64,000 nucleotides of DNA from Lophium mytilinum (lineage: Eukaryota), in contig MU004188.1 of assembly GCA_010093605.1 (NCBI GenBank), forward strand, positions 1,999,918 through 2,063,917. The letters are read 5' to 3'. The position numbers were made by a program, and so were the translations under genes. Shown one piece after another: positions 35,057 to 46,801 of the stretch. The notes under the pieces were generated by a model. The model was not told the DNA's origin and searched no databases. It was given only the letters and a program-made list of their open reading frames with translations. Each line of letters opens with the position of its first letter. Position 1 is the stretch's first letter.

Positions 35057-38000
35057 TTACACAGAGACATCTTCGGCCCCTTCGTTGCCGGCGCTTCGCA
35101 TCAAGCTATCGAAGAATGCCATGTCAACGCCCTGGAATGCCCAGTCATCTCCTCCTGCGGTCAGCCCAGGATACTCTCCATGCGGTAAGAGTGGATCGGA
35201 ATAGCCGCTGGGTAGTTGTTGGGATGCACAATGCGTAGCCATATCTTGGGCCTCAGGAGCCGGAACAGGAAGATCTCCCAGCTGTGCTTGGCTTCTGGCG
35301 TAAGGATCTGGTTCTCCTAGTGATAGCAACGGAGAGACCTCGACATGGCCGTAGACATCATGAGCCTGTGTAGGAACCACCCCTTTGCTCACGCCCTCGC
35401 GAGCAATCTTGATAATGCCAAAATACGGAATATGCACGCTCACTCCAGCATCATCATCTTGATCCGGTGGCGCTGTCCCAGGTCCCGCTTCCTCTACACT
35501 CACCCTCCCAGCGCAGCCTAAATGCCCATCCGCCGTCTCCACCTCAATCGCCAGCAACCGCCGCAGCAGATCCGCGCTCTGCGCACTAAGCGCATCTGCG
35601 TTAACACGATTCAACTCCTTCATATTCTCCTGCGCCTGCTCAATCATCGCGCGATCGCTCAGATACTGATGCGCCAGCAGATTTTCCGCCTCTGGGGCGC
35701 GGTGGCTGTCTAGGTGTGCCAGTAGCAACGTCATAGCAGCCATAAGCGCGAGGAAGTCGATGATGCGGCAGCTAAACGCAATGCGGTTGAAGCTGCGCAG
35801 CGTAATGAAGCGCGAGAGTACCTCCCGCGAGGCATTGACGCACGTGATGCGGGAGTATTCGTATTGGCGATCGGCCGAGGAGGAGCGCAGCATGTAGGGG
35901 AGGTGGAGCTGGTTGAGGAGGTTGTAGTGGAGGACCTGCGCGAACAGTCGTATTGTGTCCCAGAAAAGGGCTTCTGAGTTCGTTGAGGCGGTTTCGAGAT
36001 TTGGAGACAGCCACCATTTGCTGGGGAGCCCCCTGGCTGCTCGTTGCAACTCTACATCGAGTGTGCGAGTTAAAGCGAGGTCTTGGGAGCTGGGATTAGA
36101 TTCGTTGCGTTCCAAGATTCGAGAGGCGAGGACGCAGTGAATTCGCTCCAGGCGGCCCAACGGGGTGTCGTTTGCGAGCATTGCGTCGGAGGCTATACTA
36201 CGGTCCAGGGAACCTTGGGGAAGGCCCAACATGAGACAGAGCTGGCGGTCCAAAAAGAGCGTGCGGAACCACATGATTTGTGGGTGATATTCAGTCTTGG
36301 GATCAAGCACTTTGAATTGTGCCCGATTATCCGACCGGTTGAGACCCATCAGCTGTGCGATACTCATAGCTCTCCGATTCGCTACCCAGCCTCGTCGGAG
36401 ATTCCCCATGTTCATCTTCGACGTGTTAGTGCACATGGCGTGTTTGTGGCTTACAACGAGGGGGCTTGTAGAGTGAAAGGCCATAAGTCTGTGCACACTG
36501 GTTCACCACCGCTTGGGGTAACTCCATCAGACTTTGAAAAGCTAGGGGCAATGTCATGTTTCATGCAGTGTATATAAGACTGCTTCTTGAGGAACTAGCT
36601 GCTTAGCAGCTAGGCTACCCCACACGGCGGTGTCCAGAGAGCAAGATTTGAGCCAAGCCGTGATGAACCCGTGTGCCCAGATTTAAAGCGTACCTAGTAC
36701 AGTGACAGGCCACAGGTCTGGGCACACTGGTTCGCCACCGCTTGAGGTACCCCAGCAGGCTCTCGAGGACTCAATGCCTACACCAAGTGTTAAGCAGTAC
36801 AAATTAGACTACCTCTTGACTAACTAGCTGCTCAGCAGCCAGGCTACCCCGAACAGCGGTGGCGAGTAAGCAAGCTGGAGCCGCGCCGTAATGAGTCTGT
36901 GTACCCAGACTTATGGCCTAGTACTGTACCTTACTAGGGGACCTTACGCACCTGATACATAGTCTCGATCATAACGCACTCTAGACCTTCAAGGCTCCCA
37001 AGGAGCTCGTCGTTTGTTGTAACGAGACTACTAGCACGATCTGCTAAGCGTTCCATGATAGCTCGTGGCGATTCCGATAGGCCCCTTGCCTCCTCGTGAA
37101 GATCAGGAGGAACATGGAGTAAAACTTAAAGTTGCAGTACATATGTCAGCGCAAGTTTCACGAAGGGTTTTTAGGACAGCTACTGGCTCCCCTGCTGTCA
37201 ACTGTCACCATGTGCCACTTAAACGTGTTCAAACGTCATTTTGACGTAAGTTGCTTGTTCCGGGGACAATAAGACCAGAGAGACTGGTATGAACTAGAAC
37301 GTTACGTACAAATGGCGAGCTGGAGCATGTGCCTCGATATCAGAACGGGATGCACGTTGGGTCCCGGAAACTCCAGTAAGCTTTCGGGTAGTTTCAACCC
37401 GTTTTTGTCGAGCGTGGTGTACGGTATAGTCAACACTTCGTGGGCGAGGGCGCAATGGTGACGGCTGGCTTTGCATAGCTTCTTCATGTCTTCGCGCGAA
37501 GGAAATGCGTCATGCAAGACGTGGCACAACTTCTCGAATTTACCCTGTGGGGCTGGCAGATCAGCAGCTGCATCTCCGCCATTCCCACCGGCTTGGTCCT
37601 AGTAAATATAGTCAGTAACAATCAGAGGAGTATAGGTGTCATTTTGAGGGCACATATATCTCTCTGAGGACCCTCATGCCTAATCAGTTTCGTAATTCAA
37701 TGATGTCAAGTTCTCGAGCCTGTACATGGGGTATCGAGCTTTCGGTACTGAGTGATTTGCGCGGTAAGGCCAATATCTATGGTGCAGAAAAAAAGAACCA
37801 GATTCAGGAGCTCAAGGACTAGACATCGTTCATCTATGAATCTGAATAGGTATGAGAGGCTTCAGAGAAGTACACTCTTGACCCAAACGACACGCAGACA
37901 CGTTCGAGCTATGTAATAAGCCTAAAGAGTAGAAGGATCAAGGTGCAATAGAGACGAGCTAGAATCCCAGGCGCGGAAAAATGACACCATGAACATTCGA

Positions 38001-38644
38001 AAGGAGATGGTCCAGGGAGTCCTCAGAAGAGTTTTGTATCTGAAAGATAGTCCCCCAATTCATGGGCTCGGAGACTTGACATCAATGATTGTTGAAAAAT
38101 GAATAGGTAAGGGCGATCTTAAGAGCGTACGTATACGGTCAAAAGAACGCCGCAAGACACCTAATTTGTGCTAGTCGGTTGAAGGGAAATGAATACGTGC
38201 CTTAGAGTACTTGTAGAAAGCTAGAAATCGTAGAGGCTCTGAAGTCGTTGACGCGGGAGTGAGAATGGCATGGTCGGTCCTACAATCTTCGCTACGGGTC
38301 GTCGTGGGCGTTCTTCCCTCAGAACTAGTGCCATCGTCACGAGTAGCGTGCCTAACGGGTTGTTCAATTACAATTCCGTTTCCCACAACCCCTTGGTCCA
38401 TCAGGTCCGCGAGCAAGACGTCTTCGGGGAACTCCTGGCTGATACATTTAGAGCCCCGTCGCCGACAGCCCTTGCAAATGGCCTCGGTGTCAAATATACA
38501 CCTCATCTTCCGCCGCTTGCATTCCCAGCAGCTACGGGTTCCCTTGCGCACTTTTCTTCTCTTGACATAAGCTGGGTCTGTATCCTCAGCCGGAGCTTGG
38601 CGCTGGCGTGACGTTACCAGACGCGGAGATGTTGTAGCATCCAT
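35057..38644 (-). CDS. Zn(II)2Cys6 fungal transcription factor (multi-exon)
   Basis: KRRKVRKGTRSCWECKRRKMRC..CKGCRRRGSKC binuclear cluster. Approximate exons 38644-38201, 37598-37310, 37126-36952 and 36415-35057. Fungal TF middle region: LEGLECVMIETMYQ/MNMGNLRRGW, FLDRQLCLMLGLP. Confidence 0.85.
36471..36697. mobile_element. MITE family A, 227 bp, in TF intron (copy 1 of tandem pair)
   Basis: TA|gagtgaaaggccataagtctgtgcacactgg ... gtgtgcccagattt..|TA. Same length as, and colinear with, copy 2. Confidence 0.75.
36700..36926. mobile_element. MITE family A, 227 bp, Tc1/mariner-pogo type ends (copy 2)
   Basis: TA|CAGTgacaggccacaggtctgggcacac ... gtgtacccagacttatggcctagtACTG|TA: terminal inverted repeats with TA flanks. 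Confidence 0.85.
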
Positions 38645-39969
38645 GGCCTCAACGGATGGTGATTTACCGGCGGAAAGACTTCGAGCGCTACTGGATACAA
38701 ACAAAGCAAGATGAGAAATGCGGAATGGGAGTTGCTGCGGGCGGCGGAGGAAGGGGACCTTTTGAGGGCGGACGAGTTGGCGACATTCGACCGTGAACAC
38801 GGCGGACGAAGATGCAGCTAGCAGGCATTGGGCATAAAGTGGCAGTCCAACGCCGTATGGGGTGGCTCCGAGAGCTATCAGCCTTGTCATAACTGTTGGC
38901 CTTCAAATTTTGTTGACATGTCAGAAGACCTCAGGTGGTACCAGGCAAGCGCGTAAACAGACAGAAAAAGGAGTTTGAATGTCGAACAATGTAAGCGTCA
39001 TCTCCGAACCACAACTTCGTAGACTGCCACCTTGTGTTCAAGGGGTCCTAGGTGGCATGGATCTAACCGACCACGTGCCGACGTCTGTCATGCTTCGACC
39101 GCCACAACGCTCTGACTGCCCCTCCTATCCAACGAAAACACCGAGTCATTACTGCAGGGCCAGGCTCCGTTCAGCATGAAGTATTACTGCATGCCGTCTG
39201 AGACGGCCGGGCAAGCTATTGGGTTTGGCAAACCTGTAAGCTTACCGTTTCTGATACTAGATCAAGGGACCTCAAACGGTGCTAAGTGAGTGCACACAAG
39301 CATAGCCTTAACTTGGAACGGCAGTGTTGGAATAGATTCGCGGATTCGTGGACAGCTAGCTGTTTTTCAAAGAACCATGAGGACAGAGATAAAGCTGGCC
39401 AGGCTAACTATATTAGGTCTAGTACAGGCTTCGCTAAACTCAAAACCATCGAGCGCCTCACGAGACTTACCCTTCTTTAACTCACTTTGGCTCGTAGATC
39501 AGTCATTTCATAGATGAGTCCGCCGAAATGCTACACAGATCAATCGTCCTTTACAGAATAGGGGTTTAATATCAGTCTCCTACTTCACAATCCTCCAATG
39601 TGAAGCTCACATAGCCAAATAAGCGAGACTTCTGCGCCGTGAACCACTATCATATGCGCTATATTCGTCCACCCGCACCCCCTTTGACTCAACCGCAAGT
39701 ATTGAAATGGAATCCACTTTGGCCGTATTAACCCTTCTTTTCGCCAGAATTGCTAATCTAACGTATATAACAAGCTGTAGTGTCCAACGATTTCGACCGT
39801 GTCATCGACAGGATCGACACGGCGGACGAAGATGTACCTGACCTTTCCTCCGGTACTGATGCGCATACTATAAGTTGCGGCTTACCTACGAAGCTCCCTT
39901 CTGGTTCAACAGACCCTCTTTCCTCCTCAGCAATCCGGCAATACACAGCAACGCGGAAGAGCCAGTAAC

Positions 39970-41791
39970 ATGTCAGTCCAGAGTCCAGAGTTTGAGAGCA
40001 GCAAGCGAGCCGAGACGGAGGCAAACAATTCGACAAGCTTGAATAGCAACGGCGAGCATTCCCGGACCCACAGTATCCAAGAGAAACAGGATGGCGGCGC
40101 ATTACCTGCGCTTGACCGGCCCGAACCCGAATATGCGACCGGCTTACGGCTATTTCTCGTCATGTTCACCATCTTCATGAGCACTTTCCTTATCTCCTTG
40201 GAGATTGGTATTATCGCTACCGCGATTCCTGGTATCACCGACTCATTCCACCGACTCGACGACGCTGGATGGTATGGAAGCGCCACTTTCATCCTCGCAG
40301 GCGCCGCCTCGCCAATGTGGGGAAAGGCATACAAATACCTCAACGTCAAGTTCGTCTACCTTACTTCTGTCGCGTTGTTCCTAGTAGGAAGCATCGTGGC
40401 CGCCGCTGCTCCCAACAGCGTTTCTGTAATCATCGGTCGAGCCCTTCAAGGCTTTGGAGCCTCCGGTACTCTTAGTGGTTCCGTCCTCGTCATCAACTAT
40501 GTCGCCCAGCCTAAGAGACGCCCAGTGCTGATTGGTAGCTGGATGGGCGTCTTCATGACATCGACTATCCTGGGACCTCTGATAGGGGGCGCCTTCACGA
40601 GCAACCTCACCTGGCGATGGTGTTTCTGGATCAATCTTCCTCTTGGTGGTCCCATCGTCGTCCTATTAGTGCTGTTCTTGAAGGTACCGAAGCACATAAA
40701 GCCTACCCCAGCCACATGGAAAGAGATTGTTCTGCAGCTTGATCTTCCAGGTTTCAGCCTTTTGCTTGCATCGATTATTTGCTTCACATTGGCCCTGCAG
40801 TGGGGTGGACAGACCAAAGCGTGGAATGAAGGCTCCGTCATCGCTACCCTGGTTCTTTGGATCTCTTTTATCATTATCTTCGTCATTGTAGAGGGGCTCC
40901 AGGGCACACGCGCGATGGTTCCGCTAAGGCTACTCAAACCTCGGGTTGTATGGGCCAACGCCTTGTACTGCTACATGTAAGTTCCTGCTACCCACCTAAT
41001 CACTTTGTCTTTAACATAGCTAACCAAAAGCCCCTCATCAAGCTCCAACGCCGCCGACTTCCAAGTCATCTTCTACCTTCCCATCTACTTCCAGTCCATC
41101 CACGGCCAATCCGCCATCACAAGCGGGGTCAACAGCCTCCCTTTCTTAGCCTTCTTCGCTCTGGGCGCCATGGCCAGCGGCGTCGTCATCGGAAAAACAG
41201 GCCTCCTACAACCCTACCAGCTGATTAGCGCGCTTTTGATGACCGCTGGCATCGCTCTGCTTTACACTTTGGGCGTCGACTCGTCCAAAGCTCGATACAT
41301 CGGCCCTCAGGTTCTCTTCGGGTTTGGGCTGGGTCTCGGTAATCAGATCCCCATGACGGCTGTGCAAGGTTTCTCGAAGCCTGAAGACGTGGCAAACTCA
41401 ATTGGCATTATGCTCAGTGAGTCCCTATTGCCTATTTAACGCTCGGATTTCCACTAATGCTGGAATAGTGTGCCAATCCATTAGTGGCGCCTACTTCGTT
41501 GCAGTTGCGCAGTCTCTATTCGCGAACCGCATGCTGCAAGCACTTAAGACTTTTGCTCCGAATATCAACGCTCTTACGGTCATAAGCACGGGTGCATCTG
41601 AGATTCAGCATGCTTTCAAGGGCGGAGATCTGGTCGCTGTGCGCAGTGCTTATATGGTGGGGATCAAGGACGTTTTTGCGTTTTCTTTAGCTGGTTCAGC
41701 ACTTACTGTCCTCATTTCCTTTGTGATTCCGTTCAAGAAGCTACCTGGTCATGAGAGCAAGAAAGCTGAGAAGACGGTGGCGGCTGTCTAG
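39970..41791 (+). CDS. MFS drug:H+ antiporter (DHA2, 14-TM toxin efflux type)
   Basis: IATAIPGITDSFH..DAGWYGSA, IIGRALQGFG, LGPLIGGAFT..WRWCFWINLPLG, FYLPIYFQSIHG. Two introns. Confidence 0.92.
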
Positions 41792-42150
41792 GTATGCTGA
41801 TCATTGGGGAATGGGCGGAGGATCTGGCTTGGAGAAGAGAAAGAAACAGTATTGCCGCTTGTTTGCGCTGTAGAAAGGACTCTGTGGGTTTCTAGAGGGT
41901 ATCATACGTTTAATGCGCGGGAGACTAGGAGGCTATCATGGAACCTGCATCAAACTTAGAATGAGATTAGAGAAAGGTATTTCTATAGAAAAATTTGATC
42001 TACGAACAGTTAGCCGATTCTGTCATGCAAGCAGAATAAAGACGTGCGCGATTCGAATGTGCGAAAATGGGTCGCATAATGCAAGCAGATACTTGCTTGC
42101 TCTAAACAGGTTTCCGCCCAGCGTGATTAATAGACCGTCGAATTCTTTGC

Positions 42151-42830
42151 TTTATATAAGGGCACGAGTATTTCCACACTACACTATCGTAGTTTTACAC
42201 CCCTTGACTTTAGTAGATGCACACCCTCCTCCCGTCTAATCTTTTAATTGGTCTAGAGGGCTTGGATTACTGCTCCGGCGCTTATATATCCGTGTTTCAT
42301 GGTAAGGCTGCACAGTCTTCCTATTTTAGTATGTATTCTTACCGTTTCTAGCAGCCTATTAAGGCTGTAGATAAGGTTATATATATATAGGCCATTATAT
42401 TACTATATATATGCCTACGCGCCTACGCGCCTAGGAGCATGCTAAAATAGTTAAATCCTTACCTTACTATAACCTCTTCGCATTAAACCTGGCCCCCCTA
42501 TATCGCTGCTGCACCCCCTTAGCTGTCCTAATCTATAAACCCCTTTATCTCCTGCTTGTATAATGCTAATTAATGTTGGAGCTCCTTATAAGGAAGCTGC
42601 GCTAGCGCTGCCTAAGGTAAAGGAGTAAGCTAAGGCTAAGGCTTAGGATAAGCGCTGCCTTCTTGTAGTGCCTCCTTCAAGCCAGGCGGCCAGCTACTAG
42701 AGCTCTAAATAAAAGTCCGAGCCGTTCTAACTAATAAAAAGATTAGACGAGAGGGGTGTATATCTACTAAAGTTGGGGGGGTGTAAAACCACGATAGTAG
42801 GGTGTGGAAATACTTGTGCCCTTATATAAA
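42151..42830. mobile_element. Non-autonomous element with ~95-bp terminal inverted repeats, AT-rich degenerate interior
   Basis: tttatataagggcacgagtatttccacact...cccgtctaatctttt (42151-42245) is the near reverse complement of aaaagattagacgag...ggaaatacttgtgcccttatataaa (42737-42830). Confidence 0.8.
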
Positions 42831-43202
42831 ATTGAATTGGACCTGCGAGACTAAGATAGTAATTGGATTAAAGTGGCCGGGTGAAAGTGCAAATTGATTA
42901 GACGGTCTAATAGATCCCTAGCTAGGACCTAAAAAGAGTATAGCCTTTTCCTTATTAAGGTAAGCGGTGGTGACTTAGAGAGGATTGATAGAGCTTTGGA
43001 ATGATTGATTGGAAAGTTAAGAATGTGATTTAACGGACCGGGCATCAATCCGATTGAGGATTGGACGGTTTGTTAAGCACGCTATTTCTGACGCTAGTAA
43101 GTGAAGGTGAATCCATCCTAAGGCACCAAAATGATAGTGAAGGAAGGAGGGGGATTGACCAAGCGGATATTCGCTCCGACTACTCTCTTTGTGGGTTGCA
43201 TA

Positions 43203-44708
43203 ATGCGCGGCATAGCCACGATTTGGAGGTTATCTTCTCTCTCGCGCTTGCGCACACGAATTCAATTTTGTCAACGAAACCACACGATGGCAGGCTCCGG
43301 GCCTATCGAAGAGCAGACACTGCCGCGGTACCACCAAAAGCACTACTGCCCCGTCAAGCCTGGCGTTATCTTCAACAATCGATATCAAGTGATCGCAAAA
43401 CTAGGCTATGGTGCACACTCTACTGTCTGGCTTGCTCGAGACGAGAAGTCAGTTTTTTAACCGTGTCAAACATCTTCCCTACTCACTAATCTGGTTTAGA
43501 TCGAAAGAATACACCTCACTCAAGGTCTGCATTCAGGACGAGGCAGAGACGTCGCCTATCATGAATGAGATCAGTATGCTCAAGCGCCTAGCCAAAATTG
43601 CCGCAGAGGCTCCCCCGCCCGAAGACGAAGACTTTCATACCGGCATACCCTTAACCCGCCTTGCACGTGACATCTTCGAGATTCAGGGACCAACAGGCCG
43701 TCATCACTGCATCGCAATGAAGGCCGAAGGGAACAGTCTTGGGGATTTGCAACAACGGACCACAGACGCAAGACTCCCAATATATCTGCTACGACCTATA
43801 ATCCAACAGCTGTTGGTAGCTCTAAATTGGCTGCACGCAGACTGTGGGGTAATACATACAGGCAAGTGAGATTCCACTTCTCTTTAAGCGTAATTCTCGA
43901 CTGTTCTAACGCTAGGCAGATATTTCGCCCCGAAATATCCTAATGGCTGTCGAGGATGATGTGATCTTTCGCAATGTCGAGGGTGAAGAATCGAAGAATC
44001 CAAGCGTACCAGTCATGACTGACGGTGGCCCCGTTTACGAGTCTGTTCTTACCGGGCTGGCACTCTCTGGTACACCAGTTCTAACTGACTTCGGAAAAAT
44101 GCGGCTTGCGCAACCATTGAACACGGATTGGTGGATGCCTGATATATATCGAGCTCCAGAAGTCCTCCTAAAACTTCCTTGGGGCTACGAAGTCGATCTA
44201 TGGTCTGTGGGCGTCATGGTAGGTCATGAATAAATGCCGTCTTAACTATTAGCTGACAGATGCGCTAGACAATGGAACTCGTAGAAGGGAAAAACCTCTT
44301 CGATCCCGTCGATCGCGTGAACCATCAATACGTTCTCCCGTTAGCATTGGCGCAATACATTGGATACATGGGTCTTCCACCTCTCAATATGATCAAGAAG
44401 AGCCCCTTACTCACGAAATACTTCGATCCAGATGGTATGTTCCCTTCTTTGTTTTGAAATTTTTCGACTCAATCCGATCCTGCAGGTTTCTAATATATGG
44501 CCCAACCTTCACAGGCAATTGGGCTTATGACTACCCCATCCCCCAATCCACGTTCGAGAACTTCGTCACTGCTATTCCTCCTGGTGAAGACAAGGACACA
44601 TTCCTGAGGTTCATACGAAGGATGTTGACTTGGGATCCGGCAGCAAGAACTGGGTCGTCGGAGCTCGTTATAGACGAATGGCTCATGAAGACTGACAGTA
44701 CGTACTAA
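43203..44708 (+). CDS. SRPK-like (CMGC) protein kinase, multi-exon
   Basis: RYQVIAKLGYGAHSTVWLARD, SLKVC, VIHT-DISPRN (across a GC-AG intron at 43862), LTDFG, YRAPEV, VDLWSVG, MLTWDPAAR. The start could instead be 43287. Confidence 0.85.
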
Positions 44709-45642
44709 GTTCCGGCGCGGGCTAACATTCATGTTGTTTGATCTCCGCTTCTTCCTCTTCGCCTGAGCTCGCTCTCTGAGCCAAGTATGCAATACGGCGA
44801 CGCGCAGTCAAGCTGCATAATCTGATAGCTTTCCTACAAGTATGTAATAGTACGCATGTATCTTTACGTAGAGATACTCAGGAATCCACTGCCCTGCACG
44901 GCAAGTTCCTTTAACACGTCAATTTGAAATTTCCGGTCCGGCCTTCTACTGCGGTTTGTGCGAATCATATGAGTCGTCGTAGAGGGGTAAAAGGAAAGCT
45001 GATACAATGGAGTGGTCGCATAACCGTAGGATTCTTTTGTGCGGGATAGCTCTACAGGAACACAACGGAACGGAAATATGTGGCATACCATGCAGTTTTT
45101 CGGAGGCTTGTGATCTACTGCTAAAGGCTGCTTGTGGAGACGCTTTTGAGAGCGGAGGAGACCCATTTGGCGCGTGAGCCTTCCTGGACTTTCGACTCTA
45201 AGATCGTTCTGACGATGTGGTATCCCTTAGAGTAGTAGAACGCAATCATTTGAATCTCGTTACTGGGTTTACCGTGGATCCTCTTTTACACATCTGGATC
45301 CTCGCGCATGCGCGGCGAAAGGCCTTCAAGAATGCAATGGTAAATGGAATAAATGCGACTCCTACTCAGATCTCGATGTGTTGCGTGCTCTTTCGATCGG
45401 CGTTGAAGCAAACTTTGAAACCATGATTTATGTTGTAAATGCGAGCGTGCGAAGCCTCCTTGAAACTCTTCACATTGATAACACGCTAAACCGGATAGAC
45501 TTCCAGACTCTGCTTAGTCATACAAATACCAAAGATTACGCGACCGCCAATCCAACTCCACCTCATCCAAAATCTCCAAGCTCCATCGCAATCGCCGACC
45601 CCACCACAAACCTCGCAACCAACCTCTCTCGAAACGACCACC

Positions 45643-46251
45643 ATGTCGGCTGTAAGTCTGCGACCACTGGGCTAGAAGAGAGAAGCCAAGCTGACGCGCT
45701 CGTGTGTAGCAACAATTCATCCCCATAAACCCACGGCCGATGCTCCAGGGCTTGTATGTCTACCTCTCCACCTTTGCGCGTCCTTCACCGCCTGCCTAAA
45801 CTCCTCAATACGTCGTCCTATGATCCCTATACCAATCTGCCCTTGCGTTTGAATCGCGCCGCCGAAATTAGAAACTCGAGTCCAGCTTTGCTAACGGGCT
45901 GAATCGCAGGGTTGACTCCGACGTCCTCGTTCGCCTAAAATGGGGCCAGACCGAATATAAAGGCCGCTTGGTCAGTGTGGACATGTACATGAATGTGCAG
46001 CTCGCCGGAACCGAGGAATTTGTGGATGGGAAGAGTACGGGGACGTTGGGGCAGGTCTTGATTAGGTATGTTCGCGAATAGAGCAAGCTGCGACCGCAGG
46101 TGTCGCGCGGTTTCGTACGATGGTTGGGAGTTTTTAGGGACTGTGAGATACAAAAGCTAATCCGTGGGTCATTTTTCGCAGGTGCAACAACGTCCTCTGG
46201 ATATCGGCTGCGAATGCGGCGACCGGAGGAGATTCGTCTATGACGGGTTGA
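45643..46251 (+). CDS. SMX3: Small nuclear ribonucleoprotein F (SmF), 4 exons; missed by the ORF track
   Basis: Spliced sequence [77 protein letters not shown] contains Sm1/Sm2 motifs typical of SmF. Confidence 0.93.
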
Positions 46252-46801
46252 TGGGCTGGCTGCGATGGGATGAACGACGAAGATCGGAGATCTGCGAGAA
46301 GTGGATATCTGCATACCAAGCAAGAGCATTGCGCTAGTTCAGAGTGGCTGTTGAAGCTCCACGGCCGATTACAAAACATGGGCAAAGGTCTGAAGCTGAC
46401 GGAGTTTTGGATTTTCCAAAAGCGTCTACTGGATATTCGGGCAGACATGGCACCATCATGAGATGGAATAGTTCTCACACATGAATCGAGATACCCAAAG
46501 TTCAATATAGACCACTATGGAGGTTTTGTGACTGTCCAGTTTACACTCCGCGATGCTATGCGTCCGATCGCGATTCTTGCGCCCTCCTAAGCCACCTCTC
46601 ACGGTGGTATCTCCTCGGAAAAGTCGCGGAGTTCCAATCCACGACCTGCAAGTCTTTACCTCTTTTTCTACTTTTGTTTCGCGTACTGGAGCTACTCTTA
46701 ACGCTGCCGGCGGCCCAGAAAATGATCCAAATTAGGAGCCTAGATTCTTCGTTTCTAAGTCTAACCAAGCGCTGTCAATATCAATACCGCATCGCCCGAA
46801 C

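Noticed and set aside
36416..36496. N-terminus of ORF 35057-36496
   Set aside because: It lies in the intron/MITE. The real exon starts at 36415, after the ctaac..ag acceptor.
22000..45000. Starship or autonomous transposon carrying the island
   Set aside because: No captain tyrosine recombinase, transposase or reverse transcriptase is visible in the window, so this cannot be supported here.
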